A stretch of DNA of 64,000 nucleotides from an uncultured delta proteobacterium (GCA_963808625.1 CAWEHK010000041.1:32001-96000); one strand, 5' to 3'; positions 1-11,751 are shown, numbered from the stretch's first letter. Program-made: numbers and translations. Notes: generated by a model from the sequence alone, not told the origin.

Positions 1-200
1 TAAATAGCGCCAATGGAACGTGAGAAAACCACCTCACGGGTGCAGTTCTGTGAAACCTGCAATACCGAGGACCGGAGGATATTAGACGAGAAGTGGTTTG
101 GCAATCCCTTTCTCACCCCTTTTCTCCTTTTGTGTCGCCGATAAAAGGCGAACGTGAGGGGCATGCAACAACGAGGTTTCGCTGTGCGACACACGTCCGG

Positions 201-247
201 GCCTCCCCGCTGGTTCCCAAGCTGGAGCTTGGGAACCAGCGGGAGGC
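201..247. repeat. REP-like palindrome (GCTGGTTCCCAAGCT-GG-AGCTTGGGAACCAGC core), possible terminator for the acyl-CoA synthetase gene
   Basis: Near-perfect inverted repeat of about 22 bp per arm, just beyond the stop codon at 256. Confidence 0.75.
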
Positions 248-255
248 GCTTGCGC

Positions 256-1656
256 TCAGGGCCTGCCATCGCCCTTTAGAAAACGGCTCCTGGCCAGCAG
301 GGCATTGAGGGCAATCGCACCGTCTTCCGGAGTCAGGTAGGTGCATATCCCTCGGGCGGTCAAGTCCTGTAGATGGGGCCGGGCTTCCCGCTCCGGCGCC
401 AGGAGGACGACCACGAAAGGCTTATCGGTTGCTTTCCGGAAGTGTTCCAACTCGGGAATCGGAATGCGGATGAGCGCATTGTAGCTCCAGACCAGAAAGT
501 AGGCGTCAAAGGGCTCAAGCAGCAAGGCATCGAGGACGCTCGCGTAGGTGTGGGGGAGAAAACCGGGTCCGGTGAGATCAACGGGGTTTTGGAGGTCAAC
601 CGGGGTCTTTTCCCCTATGACCGAGAGAATTTGTTTTCTTCCGCGGTCTGAAAGGTCCGGGAACTCCCATCCGGAAGCCAGGAGCCGATCCATCGCCACA
701 ATGCTGGGCCCGGCGGTGAAGGTGAGGGCGCAAAGGCGGTTGCCGGCGGGCGGTGGCAGCATGCTCAGGGCTTTGCCCATCACCGCCGTTTCCCAGCTCG
801 AAGCCGCCTCGATGATTCCGGCCTGCCTGAACATGGCTTGATAGTATCGGTATTCCCCGGCGAGGCTCCCCGTATGGGTGACGGTGGCCCGTGAAACTTC
901 CTCGAGCTTGCCGGCCTTGTAAGCCACGATGGGCTTATGGCGAGACAGGTCTCGAGCGCGTTCAAAAAAACTCCGCGGGTCCTTCAAGCCTTCGATAAAG
1001 ACGCAAAAGGCAGCGACCTCGGGCTGCTCGCTCAAGACTTCCAGGTAGTCCTGAAAATCCACAACAGTGCAGTTGCCGGCCCCAATGAAATGGCTGAGGC
1101 CGCATTCCAGATCGCGCAGGCAATTGGCAATGGTGAGCCCGACGCCGCCGCTCTGGGAGATGACCGCAACGGGGCCGGGCACGGCGTCGAGATGCCAGAA
1201 GAGGCCGTGCAAGCCCCGGTGAAAAGAAGAGAAACCAAGGGTGTTGGGACCGATCACCGGCATCTGGTAATGTTCCGCAAGCTGCCTCAAGCGCGCCTCG
1301 AGCTCGCTTCCTCCCTGCTTGAACTCCTTGAACCCCCCGGCGACAATGGTCACTGCCGCGACTCCCAGTTTCGCCGCCTGTTCCGCCATCGCCACCGCCC
1401 CATGCTGGTTCAGCAGGATGATTGCCAGATCCGGTGGGGGCTCAATGGCCTCGAGACTCGGATAGCACTTGCAGCCGAGGACCTTCTTGTATTTGGGATT
1501 GACAGGCAGCACTTCGCCCGGAAAGGAAGCGGCGAGAAGATTGGAGAGCGGACCGATACCGACGGAGAGTTGTTCCGGTGATGCTCCCACAAGGGCTACG
1601 CGGCTCGCTGAGAGCGCCTTTTTCAGCTTGCCTTTCATGACTTCCGAGATGGGCAT
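256..1656 (-). CDS. ADP-forming acyl-CoA synthetase (acetate--CoA ligase family), alpha/CoA-binding subunit
   Basis: VALVGAS CoA-binding fold, GPNTLG, SQSGG and phospho-His motif THTGSLAG; NPVDL near the C-terminus. Confidence 0.9.
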   Translation of the reverse strand: MPISEVMKGKLKKALSASRVALVGASPEQLSVGIGPLSNLLAASFPGEVLPVNPKYKKVLGCKCYPSLEAIEPPPDLAIILLNQHGAVAMAEQAAKLGVAAVTIVAGGFKEFKQGGSELEARLRQLAEHYQMPVIGPNTLGFSSFHRGLHGLFWHLDAVPGPVAVISQSGGVGLTIANCLRDLECGLSHFIGAGNCTVVDFQDYLEVLSEQPEVAAFCVFIEGLKDPRSFFERARDLSRHKPIVAYKAGKLEEVSRATVTHTGSLAGEYRYYQAMFRQAGIIEAASSWETAVMGKALSMLPPPAGNRLCALTFTAGPSIVAMDRLLASGWEFPDLSDRGRKQILSVIGEKTPVDLQNPVDLTGPGFLPHTYASVLDALLLEPFDAYFLVWSYNALIRIPIPELEHFRKATDKPFVVVLLAPEREARPHLQDLTARGICTYLTPEDGAIALNALLARSRFLKGDGRP

Positions 1657-1820
1657 GGAGACCTCCGCAAAGTGAAGGAATTCTCATTACAAATGCAAAC
1701 GTCAGGCTTCGAGGGCCGCCGAACCAGTCAGTAAATTCCTCGAATCACAAGACTCTGGCCCAGCATCGTTATGTCCGCATGGTCTTTCAAGATCAAGGAA
1801 ATTGTATCAAGAAAATTGTA

Positions 1821-1850
1821 TTGACACGGAACGTTTTGAACCCATAGTCT
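1821..1850 (+). promoter_or_regulatory. Putative sigma-70 promoter for the macro domain gene
   Basis: TTGACA-N18-TAGTCT about 70 bp upstream of ATG 1923. Confidence 0.45.
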
Positions 1851-1922
1851 GGAATGGTAACAAGGGACAATGAAAATCGAGATGCTTTCGGTCCTGATGC
1901 CCACGGTGAAGGGAGGAAGGCG

Positions 1923-2477
1923 ATGGAAAAAAACGTGAAAGGGAAAATGATCAGGTTGGTTCAGGGGGACCTCACGGAGCTTGCGGTCGATGCCATCGTT
2001 AATGCGGCTAACTCCCACCTGGTGTTGGGCGGAGGGGTGGCGGGGGCCATTCGCAGCAAGGGGGGACCCACCATTCAACAGGAATGTGACCGCATTGGCG
2101 GCACGACCGTGGGGCAGGCCGTGGTCACCGGCGCCGGCAATCTGAAGGCCCGGTACGTGATCCACGCCGTAGGGCCCAGCTACGGCGAGGGCGACGAAGA
2201 CGAGAAGCTTCGCGGGGCCACGCTGAACAGCCTTAAGCGGGCTACGGAAAAGGGAATGCGCTCGATTGCCTTTCCGGCGATCAGCACCGGAATCTTCGGT
2301 TTTCCCAAGGATCGCTGTGCGGACATCATGCTCAACACCATTCGAGACTATCTCGAAACGGAGGCAACCAGCCTCGATGAGGTCATTCTGTGCCTGTGGT
2401 CGAAAGACGACCTTGAGTTGTTCGCGCGGACACTCGAGGCCCTGCTTCCTCAGCAAACAGTGGTGAGTGGACAGTGA
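1923..2477 (+). CDS. Macro domain protein (O-acetyl-ADP-ribose deacetylase / YmdB-like)
   Basis: GDLT, DAIVNAAN, GGGVAGAI, IHAVGP and AFPAISTGIFGFP motifs; GGAGG RBS before ATG 1923. Confidence 0.92.
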   Translation: MEKNVKGKMIRLVQGDLTELAVDAIVNAANSHLVLGGGVAGAIRSKGGPTIQQECDRIGGTTVGQAVVTGAGNLKARYVIHAVGPSYGEGDEDEKLRGATLNSLKRATEKGMRSIAFPAISTGIFGFPKDRCADIMLNTIRDYLETEATSLDEVILCLWSKDDLELFARTLEALLPQQTVVSGQ

Positions 2478-2500
2478 CCAGTCGTCCTGGGTTGTGGTTA

Positions 2501-2622
2501 GGAACGGTCCAAAAACAAACGCAACAGTTACGAGGAGCTTAGGGAGGGCTTTGCCCGCGCGCAGCGCCATTGGTGGACACAGTCCACCCCACAAAATGGC
2601 ACAGCTGTTTTTGGACGGTCAC
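2501..2622. mobile_element. MITE-like element with a REP hairpin cargo
   Basis: 16-bp terminal inverted repeats (13/16 match) flanked by TTA on both sides; internal hairpin GGTGGAC-ACA-GTCCACC. Confidence 0.6.
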
Positions 2623-2625
2623 TTA

Positions 2626-3104
2626 GAGGCTATCTCAAAACCGGCTTACCCCGTCACCCCGGCTCAAGCCCATGCGCGTCAACTTAAGCATTTGCTGTCT
2701 ACCCCGAAGGGGTTTCATAAGTCAGCCCAGGGTCAGCGAAAGCGCCACCCTGGGTCGGGAGATGCCATAAACCATCTTACCCTGAAGGGGTTACATCAAA
2801 CAGAGCCATGGCGAGCACCCGGATCTGTTGTGAGAAATGCTTTTTATATAACCCTTTCAGGGTATGGATACTTGTTGTGCACCCATACCCAGGGTGGCGC
2901 TTTCGCTGACCCTGGGCTTAACTATCCAACCCCTTCGGGGTAAAAGGGGATGCACCATCCTGATCGTGAACGACGATGCGCCTTCCATCGCCTTAAATTG
3001 ACGCCAATGGGCGGAAGCCGGGGTCGAGAATACCTGCGAAACCTGGATTCCGGCTTTCACCGGAATGACGATCAGCGGTGTTTTGACCATTTTGAGATAG
3101 CTTC
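2626..3104. mobile_element. MITE-like element containing nested palindromic repeats
   Basis: 15-bp TIRs GAGGCTATCTCAAAA / GAAGCTATCTCAAAA (14/15), TTA direct repeats at 2623-2625 and 3105-3107; three further nested inverted-repeat layers inside. Confidence 0.7.
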
Positions 3105-3248
3105 TTAGTGGTTAATGCTTGCTGGCTAATGCATGGTGTTTGGTAATGGTGGTTTGTGAATAGTGGCTGGGGTTGGTGTGACCGTGGTGAGAGGTCGCAA
3201 ACCGGCTCAGGGTTCAGGGTGTACCAGGGGAGAGAATTTAACCATCGA

Positions 3249-4689
3249 ATGACCAGACGAAACCGCTCTCTTAGAATGCTTCTCTCACTCATCCTTGGTG
3301 GGTTGGTGACAGTGGCGCTGGCCGCCTGCACGGTGGGACCCGATTTCGTGAAACCCGCCCCCAAAATGCCTGAAAGATGGGCGGAAGCGCCCCCCCATGA
3401 GACGACGATCAAGTCGTTGGACATTTCCCGATGGTGGACCATCTTTGGGGACCCGAAGCTGGATTCGCTCATCGAGCGAGCCGTGCAGGCCAACCTTGAC
3501 CTTCAGCTTGGCCGACGCCCGTATTCGTGAAGCGCGTGCTCAGCGCATTGTGGTTGCCTCGAATGCCTATCCCGAGGTCGATGCTGTCGGCAACTACTCC
3601 CGCAGTCGTACCAGTGAAAATGCGAATACCTCGAAGGTTACTGCCATACCGGGAGGATCAAACCTCTTTCTTGCGGGCTTTGATGCCAGTTGGGAAATTG
3701 ATGTGTTTGGCGGCGTAAGGAGAGCGGTCGAAGCTGCCGATGCCGATATTGCGGTAACGGTTGAAAGCCGTCGCGATGTGCTGGTGACTCTGCTTGCCGA
3801 AGTTGCCCGGAACTATCTCGAGGTGCGGGGGAGTCAGACCCGGTTGGGGGTCACGGAGAAAAATATTTTCACCCAGCAGCAGGCACTGGAGATTGCCAAA
3901 GCGCGTTACGAGGCCGGCCTGAGCAGCGAACTGGACGTGGCTCAAGCACAGGCGCAGCTTGCAGCAACCGAAGCACAGGTCCCTGCTCTCGAAACTTCAT
4001 TGCGGCAGGCGATTCACCAACTCGGCGTGTTGCTTGGCCAGGGGCCGGAAAGTCTGCTGGAGGAACTTTTGCTGCTGGAGCCGATCCCAGCCGGTCCGCC
4101 CGCCGTTCCCGCCGGGTTGCCGTCGGAGCTTCTCCGGCGTCGTCCCGATGTCCGCCAGGCGGAGCAGGAATTGGCCGGCGCCACAGCCCGAGTCGGAGTG
4201 GCAACAGCCGACCTCTTTCCCCGGTTTTTTCTGACGGGCCTGGTCGGTCAATCCAGTGTGAGTGGTTCCGATTTTTTTCAAGCCTCGAGCCGATACTGGT
4301 CTATCGGGCCGACAATCAGTTGGCCGGTGTTCACGGCGGGCCGCCTCCGCGCTCAACTGGCAGTGCAGGGTGCGAGGGAAGAGCAGGCTGCGATCAGGTA
4401 TGAGCGAACGGTTCTCAGTGCGCTCAAGGATGTTGAAGATGCGCTCGTCGCTTATACCAAAGAGCAGGCTACCAGGGATTCGCTCATGCAAGCGGTGAAA
4501 GCAAACCGCCTGGCCTCCGACATTGCCAATGAGCTCTACACGAGGGGATTGGTGGACTTCCTCAATGTTCTGGTGACCCAACGTGCCCAGTATAACAATG
4601 AAGATGCGCTTGCCCAAAGCGCACAGCGCGTCTCATCCAATCTCGTCGCTCTGTTCAAGGCCCTGGGCGGCGGATGGCAGGTTGACTGA
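3249..4689 (+). CDS. RND efflux outer-membrane lipoprotein, NodT/OprM family (frameshift near 3510)
   Basis: Lipobox LAAC-TVGPDF, WWTIFGDPKL, SWEIDVFG, LLRRRPDV and LFKALGGGW, split over two frames. Confidence 0.9.
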
Positions 4690-4738
4690 AAGCTGGGGCG
4701 GATATGGGAAGGGACTGTCTGTCCTTTTTTGATACGGA

Positions 4739-4747
4739 TGGTATAAT
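4739..4747 (+). promoter_or_regulatory. Putative extended -10 promoter upstream of the MFP gene
   Basis: Perfect TGnTATAAT in the intergenic gap. Confidence 0.4.
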
Positions 4748-4773
4748 GTTTTTCGAATGGGAAAAACTTGACA

Positions 4774-5972
4774 ATGGGCTCTGAGCAGAATCTGAACAAG
4801 ACGGGCGGCTGTTTGACCGCCTTTTTTTACGCGCCCTTGGCGCTGTGGGGATCGTCTTGGTCTTTGGCTTCGTGTCAGCCTGTTCCCGGGATGTTTCGGG
4901 AACGGCGAAAACCGCGGACCCTCGAAAGAAGGTTGCGGTGCCGGTGACCGTGGCCACTGCCGTCGCGAAGCCAGTGCCCGAGCAACTCAGGGCGATCGGG
5001 AATGTCCAGGCGTATGCGACGGTGCTGATGAGAGCGAGGGTCGGCGGCGAGCTCCATGCCGTCCATTTTAAAGAGGGGGATGAGGTAAAGAGCGGTGATT
5101 TGCTTTTCACCATCGATCCTCGCCCGTTCGAGGCCGCGCTCAAACAGGCGGAAGCCAATCTCGCCAGGAACCGGGCGCAGTTGGAACACGCCCGCAGGCA
5201 GGCCCAGCGCTATGCCGCAGTGGTGAAGAAGGGTTATGTTTCCGAGGAACAAAACGATCAGATCCTCGCTAATGCTGCCGCCCTTGAGGCTGCGGTCCGG
5301 GCCGATGAGGCGGCAGCGGAAAATGCCCGGCTCGATCTCAAGTATTGCTCCATCCGTTCGCCCATCAATGGCGTCACCGGGCAGCTTAAAGTGGATCGGG
5401 GGAACCTCATCAAGGCCAACGACACTGACAATCCCATGGTTACGATCAAACAGACAAGCCCCATCTATGTCGTGTTTTCAGTCCCGGAGCAGAATCTCCC
5501 CCAACTGAAGAGACGCTTGGCGGTCCGTCCTTTGGATGTCTCCGTAAGTGCGCCGGGGGATGAGAAACAGGTAATTCGAGGCGAGCTTACTTTTCTCGAT
5601 AATACGGTTGACCAGACCACCGGAACGATCCTGCTTCGCGCCACGTTCCCGAACCAGGATCGCGCCTTATGGCCCGGACAGTTTGTCAACGTCACCCTGA
5701 CCCTCAGCACCCAACAGGATGCCGTGGTCATCCCGTCTCAAGCCGTCCAGACCGGTCAGCAGGGCCGCTACGTCTTCGTCATCACTCCGGATGGCACGGC
5801 CGAACATCGTCCGGTGGTCCTGGCCCGAACGGTTGATGGCGAAGCAGTGGTGGAAAAAGGCATCACGCCGGGCGAAAGGGTGGTGACCGATGGCCAGCTT
5901 CGGCTCACGCAGGGAACTCAGGTGAAAATCGTTGGTCCCGGGGAAACAGCCGGCGAGGAAAAGCCTCAATGA
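4774..5972 (+). CDS. RND efflux membrane fusion protein, MdtA-like (probable frameshift in the poly-T near 4825)
   Basis: VKSGDLLFTIDPRPF, IRSPING, DNTVDQTTGTI and LWPGQFV motifs. Confidence 0.9.
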
Positions 5973-8900
5973 GCATCCCGGAGTTCTTCATCAAAAGGCC
6001 CGTCACCACCACCCTGGTGATGCTGGCCATTGTCATTTTTGGGCTTGCCGGCTATCGCCTGCTTCCGGTAAGCGAGCTGCCTAATGTGGATTTCCCCACC
6101 ATTCAGGTTACTTCCCGTCTCCCGGGCGCCAGTCCGGAAACCATGGCTTCCTCGGTATCCACGCCTCTCGAGCGCGAATTTTCCACCATCGAAGGCCTCG
6201 ATTCGATGGCTTCAACGAGCGGACTGGGCGTCAGTCAGATCACCCTCCAGTTCGCAATGGAACGTAATCTTGACGGTGCCGCCCAGGACGTTCAGACGGC
6301 TATCGCCAGGGCCCAGCGCCTGCTTCCGGCAGATATGCCGACACCGCCTTCCTATCGCAAGGTCAACCCGGCCGACCAGCCCATTCTGTTTCTGGCCCTG
6401 AGCTCGCCGATCCTCCCCCTGTCCATGGTGAATGAATATGCCGATACGCTCATGGCGCAGCGCATTTCCATGGTGAGCGGGGTCGCTCAGGTGCAGGTGT
6501 TTGGCGCGCAAAAATACGCCGTGCGCGTGCAGTTGAACCCCAAGGCCCTGACTTCCATGGGGATCGGTATTGATGAAGTGGAAAATGCCATTGCCCGGGG
6601 CAATGTCAATCTCCCGACAGGGACGCTCTATGGCAAGCATCAGGCCTTCACGGTGCAGGCTACCGGCCAGCTGACCGAGGCGGCAGCCTATCGTCCGCTC
6701 ATCGTGACCTATCGCAAGGGCTCGCCGGTGCGGCTGGAAGAGCTTGGAAGCGTTATTGACAGTGTCGAGAACGATAAGGTTGCAGCCTGGTACAATGATC
6801 AGACCGGAGGCACCCGGGCTATTACCCTCGCCATTCAACGCCAGCCGGGTACCAACACGGTCGAAGTGGCGAATTCGATTAAAGGAGCTGCTGCCGAGCT
6901 TCCTTGCCCAAATGCCGGCTTCGATTAACCTCAATATCCTTTATGACCGCTCCGATTCCATCCGCAACTCGATCGAGGATGTCCAGTTTACGCTCTATCT
7001 CAGCATTTGCCTGGTCATCCTGGTGATCTTTCTCTTCCTGCGGAACCTCTCCGCCACGATCATTCCCAGCCTGGCTCTGCCCGCCTCGATCATCGGCACC
7101 TTTGCCGTGATGTACCTGCTGGGATACAGCCTGGACAACCTTTCCCTGATGGCCCTTACCCTTTGTGTCGGTTTTGTGGTCGATGACGCCATCGTCATGC
7201 TCGAAAACATTGTGCGCCACATGGAAATGGGGAAAGGGGCGATGCAGGCGGCCTTCGACGGTTCCCGCGAGATCGGTTTCACGATCATCTCGATGACCCT
7301 CTCGCTGGTTGCGGTCTTTATCCCGCTGCTCTTTATGGGAGGCATTCTCGGGCGGCTGCTCCATGAGTTTGCGGTGACCATCGGAGTTGCCATCCTGGTT
7401 TCCGGGTTTGTGTCCCTGACGCTTTCTCCCATGCTTTGCAGCCGCTTCCTGACTCCTCCCGCGACCGCTCACCACGGCCGCTTTTATGCCGCCTCGGAAC
7501 GGGTCTTCAACGGCATGCTCCATGCCTACGAAAGCAGCCTCACATGGGTCCTGAAGCATCGTCGGATGACGTTGATCGTCTCGGTGCTTCTGGTTTTCGC
7601 CACGGCGTATCTTTTTGTCATCATCCCCAAGGACTTCATCCCCAGTCAGGATACCAGCCAAATATCCGGGTTTACGGAAGCGGCTCAGGGGATCTCGTTT
7701 CAGGCCATGGTCCAACATCAGATGGCCGTTGCCGAGGTGATCCGCCAGGAGCCCGAGGTCGAGGCCTTCATGTCGGCGGCGGGAGCAACCGGCGGGGTGC
7801 CGATGGGCAATTCCGGCCGCCTCTTTATGCGGTTGAAGCCGCGCGAAGAGCGTACCCTGAATGCGGACGGGGTGATTCAAAAATTGCGCGCGAAAGTGGC
7901 GCAGATCCCGGGCATTAATGTCTATTTGCAGAACCCTCCGGCAATCCAGATTGGCGGCCGGCTGAGCAAGGGGCAATATCAATACACCTTGCAGGGAGCG
8001 GATATCAAAGAGCTTTACCACTGGGGTCCGGAGGTGGAGAGCAAATTGCGCGGTCTGCCCGGTCTCCAGGATGTGACCAGTGACCTGCAAATCAGCAATC
8101 CTGAAGTGTGGGTGAACATTGACCGCGATAAGGCACTGGCGCTCGGCATCACCGCTGAGCAAATCGAAACAGCCCTGTATAACGCGTATGGCTCCCGGCA
8201 GGTCTCGACGATTTACGCCCCCACCAACCAGTTCCAGGTGATCCTCGAAGTTGAGCCGCAGTATCAGCTCGATCCATCGGCGCTGTCCATGCTTTACGTC
8301 CGTTCGGGCAGCGGCCGCCTCGTGCCGTTCGAATCGGTGGCGAAGCTCGAACAGCGCCTTGGCCCGCTCACCGTTAACCACAGTGGGCAGTTGCCGTCGG
8401 TTACGATTTCCTTTAATCTCCGCCCCGGTGTCAGCTTGGGTGAAGCGGTCTCGCAGACGGAGAAAGTGATCCGCGACCTGCGCCTGCCGGCAACCCTTTC
8501 GGGCAGCTTCCAGGGCACCGCTCAGCAGTTCCAGGCGTCGATGAAAGGCATGTGGCTGCTCCTGGTCATGGCTATCCTGGTTATTTACATGGTTTTGGGC
8601 ATCCTTTACGAGAGCTTCATTCATCCCCTCACCATTCTCTCCGGGTTGCCCTCGGCAGGGGTTGGAGCGCTCTTGACTTTGCTTATTTTCCGCACCGATC
8701 TAAGTATTTACGCTTTCGTTGGCATTATCATGCTCATCGGGATCGTGAAGAAGAATGCCATCATGATGATCGATTTTGCTCTAAATGCCCAGCGAGAAGA
8801 GGGCAAGCCGCCCGCTGAAGCCATCTTTGCCGGGTGTATCCTGAGATTTCGGCCGATCATGATGACCACCATGTCGGCCCTCATGGGGACCCTCCCGATT

Positions 8901-9146
8901 GCACTCGGCATTGGGGCCGGCGCCGAGGCGCGGCGGCCGCTGGGGTTGGCCGTGGTGGGCGGGTTGGTGCTTTCCCAGTTTCTGACACTGTACATCACAC
9001 CGGTGATTTATCTCTATTTGGAGTCCTTACAGGAGCGCTTGCGGTGGACCGGTTACTGGATTCGCACCCGAACAGGCTGGTCTAGGGCAGCCGGATCGCC
9101 GGGGCGGGACAAGGTCATCCCGGAAGGTCCCGGCGGTCACCATTAG
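5969..9146 (+). CDS. RND efflux permease, MdtB/MdtC-like (frameshift near 6880)
   Basis: FIKRPVTT, LPNVDFPTIQV, GFVVDDAIVMLEN, GIVKKNAIMM and RFRPIMMTT motifs. Confidence 0.92.
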
Positions 9147-9249
9147 GGCGTATTTTGAGCGGTCAGAATGACCCAGCAGAGGTCCGGACAACCCTGAGAA
9201 AAGAGGCTCTGGGAAAGATTTTCATACAATTTGAAGGAGCACAGCAGCG

Positions 9250-9941
9250 ATGTCTGAATTAGATGATCTGATGGGGCAGATCAGCGGCCGGTTTCCGATT
9301 GAGACCGTTCCCCTCAGGATCGGTGACCATGTCCTGCAGATTATTCAGCTTAAGGATTATGAGGAGTACATCCTTGATCGGATTGAAGCCGAGGATCCGG
9401 ATGTTACTGCGGCACCCTTCTGGGCGAAACTATGGGAGGCGGGTTTGCTTCTGGCGACTTTTCTTGGAAAACAACCGGTCAATGCGGCTTGTCATATGCT
9501 GGAGATTGGCGCCGGAATTGGAATCGTCGGTATCTATGCAGCTCTTGTGCGGGCACCGGATCACGATTACGGACATCAATGAAGATGCCCTCCTGTTTGC
9601 CAGGGCCAATGCGCTCCTTAACGGGTTGACCGAGGCTGGAGGTTCGCAAGCTTGACTGGAGCGATCCCGGTGAGACGCGTCGGTACGATGTCATTGTTGG
9701 TTCGGAAGTCGTTTACGACCGCCGATCCTATCCTCTCCTGGTGGATTTCCTGCGGAGAACACTGACGCCAAACGGCGTCATCTTTCTGGCGAAAAATGCT
9801 GATTTGCCTGCTCCGACATTTTTTGTGGAGCTGACCAAGCATTTCAAATTCAAGAACACATCGCAGACCCTTCGGAGGGATGGAGAGACGCAGCAGATTG
9901 AGCTCTTCGCCGTCCGCCACAAGCACCCGGTTGATGGTTAG
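9250..9941 (+). CDS. Class I SAM-dependent methyltransferase, lysine methyltransferase (METTL21-like) type (two frameshifts)
   Basis: PFWAKLW, LEIGAGIG, ITITD and DVIVGSEVVY motifs across three frames. Confidence 0.75.
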
Positions 9942-9948
9942 GAATCCC

Positions 9949-10682
9949 ATGACATCTTCCTATCCTTTGTCGATTCCCAGCCCGGATGGGCCGATCCCTG
10001 CCGTGGTCCATTTGCCGGAGCGGACTCCGGCGCCGGTCGTGGTGTGCTGTCACGGACTGCTCAGTTACAAAGACAGTGCAAAGTTCGTGGCCATCGGTGA
10101 GCAGTTCGGCAGTGCGGGCATGGCCGTTGTGCGTTTTGATTTTTCCGGCTGTGGCGAATCGCAAATCATCCAAAGAGAGAGCCTGCTGTTCTCCAGGATG
10201 CGCGACCTCGGTTGCGTGCTGGACTATGTGCAGCGGCAATCCTGGGCCGATGGGACCGTCGGGCTCCTCGGGTCCAGCCTCGGCGGATACCTGTCACTGC
10301 TGGCGGCATCTCGGGCGAGCATCGACATTCAGGCCGTAGTCTGCTGGGCAACCCCGTTTGATTTGTCCCGGATAAAGCTGGCGCTTGCGAATCGGAGGAA
10401 CTGAAGCGAGTTGTTCCACCGGGATTGCCACTGGGAAGTCCGGAAAATCTGACAGATCTTCGCATCGCTTTCCAACGTCCTGGTCATTCACGGACAGCAG
10501 GACGAAACGGTTCCTGGCATGATGCTGTTGCCATCTATCGTCAAGTCGGTGAGCCAAAACGATTGCTGCTCATGAAAACAGCAGATCACCGCTTGCTCGA
10601 TCCGCATTGGCGGGCAATGGCCATGAGGGTGAGTTTGGAATGGTTTCAGGAACGTGGGCTAAGCGTAAGAGCTAACACGTAA
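9949..10682 (+). CDS. Alpha/beta-fold hydrolase (several frameshifts)
   Basis: CCHG, RFDFSGCGES, GSSLGG nucleophile elbow, IHGQQDE in an alternate frame, ADH. Confidence 0.8.
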
Positions 10683-10755
10683 TAGATTGGTAAAAGCTTG
10701 ATCTTTTTTGTCGGCAATCTAACCAGGGTGGAGAATAGATTCCCGATACCAGGCG

Positions 10756-11019
10756 CTAAAACAGTTTGTCTAACGCGGCAATAATGGCGATGGACGCAGC
10801 CATCATGGCGCCCAACTTGATGGTGAGCTTGTATTCCAGTTCATTCAAATGGCTGTCCAGACGCTGTTCCATTTCCGAGAGATCGCGTTTGGTGGTAAGC
10901 TCTTCGTTGATCAGCCCTGCAATGGTTTCGGCCTGGACGGCGGCCTGCTCCTCGGTGAAGCCCACCGCCCGTAATTTCTTGATATAGAGATAGGTGTCAA
11001 AAACAATCGTAGCCATCAA
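10756..11019 (-). CDS. DUF1640/CCDC90-like small coiled-coil membrane protein
   Basis: FDT..YIKKL..GFTEEQA..Q..LTTKRDL..LTIKLG pattern with a C-terminal TM helix. Confidence 0.8.
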   Translation of the reverse strand: MMATIVFDTYLYIKKLRAVGFTEEQAAVQAETIAGLINEELTTKRDLSEMEQRLDSHLNELEYKLTIKLGAMMAASIAIIAALDKLF

Positions 11020-11112
11020 TCATCCTTTCACTGTTAGAAACATAAGGGATGGCAGGGCTGGGAGTCAAGTCCATCTGACGTTGGTTGGTGCTTTAGCAAA
11101 GGAAATCAAGCA

Positions 11113-11751
11113 GTGTTGACGGAAGCAGTCTCGAACTTTGCGATAAAATGCCTGGATCAGACCGGGTACTTCGGCGCCGGGTTGCTCATGGCCCTCGAGA
11201 GCATGATTGCTCCGATCCCGAGCGAAGCGGTCATGCCATTTGTCGGGTTCCTGGTGGCGGACGGCAGTTGGAATCTCTGGTTGGCGATAGGGGTCACCAG
11301 TCTCGGTTCCATTATTGGATCGCTCATTTCCTATTACCTGGGGTATTACGGCGGTAAGCCTCTGGTGTTGAGGGTCGGCAGGTACCTGCTTTTGAACCCT
11401 CACGACCTTGTCATCACCGAGAAATTTTTTCACCGACGCGGGGGACTTCTCACCGTTTTCATCAGCCGTTTCGTTCCCGTTGTCAGGCACCTCATCTCCA
11501 TACCTGCCGGTATCGGCCGCATGCCGCTTGTCCCCTTTCTGGCTGTCACCCTCGTTGGTGCGACCATGTGGAATACCTTCCTCTTGCTCTGCGGTATGAA
11601 GCTTCGCGAACATTGGCCGGTGGTCCAAACCTACTCGCACCAGATCGATCTCGTGGTGGGGGTCATCCTCCTGGGGGGCCTGGCGTGGTTCCTCAAATCG
11701 CGTTTTTCAACGACCCAGGTCAAGGAAGAAAAAATAGAGAGCGAGCTGTAG
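11113..11751 (+). CDS. DedA family membrane protein
   Basis: LESMIAPIPSE, RFVPVVRHLISIPAG. Confidence 0.9.
   Translation: MLTEAVSNFAIKCLDQTGYFGAGLLMALESMIAPIPSEAVMPFVGFLVADGSWNLWLAIGVTSLGSIIGSLISYYLGYYGGKPLVLRVGRYLLLNPHDLVITEKFFHRRGGLLTVFISRFVPVVRHLISIPAGIGRMPLVPFLAVTLVGATMWNTFLLLCGMKLREHWPVVQTYSHQIDLVVGVILLGGLAWFLKSRFSTTQVKEEKIESEL

Noticed and set aside
13..144. Small ORF with CxxC (MEREKTTSRVQFCETC...)
   Set aside because: Very short, at the window edge, with no visible RBS or recognisable family
1923..2477. Macro domain plus sirtuin as a defence or ADP-ribosylation module
   Set aside because: The genes are 52 kb apart and both look like ordinary housekeeping members
2467..2943. 158-aa ORF and overlapping ORFs at 2.5-3.5 kb
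   Set aside because: They translate non-coding palindromic repeats
6879..8624. Long antisense ORFs (581 aa here, also 20637-22127 and 57507-58682)
   Set aside because: Shadows of well-supported genes on the opposite strand in GC-rich DNA
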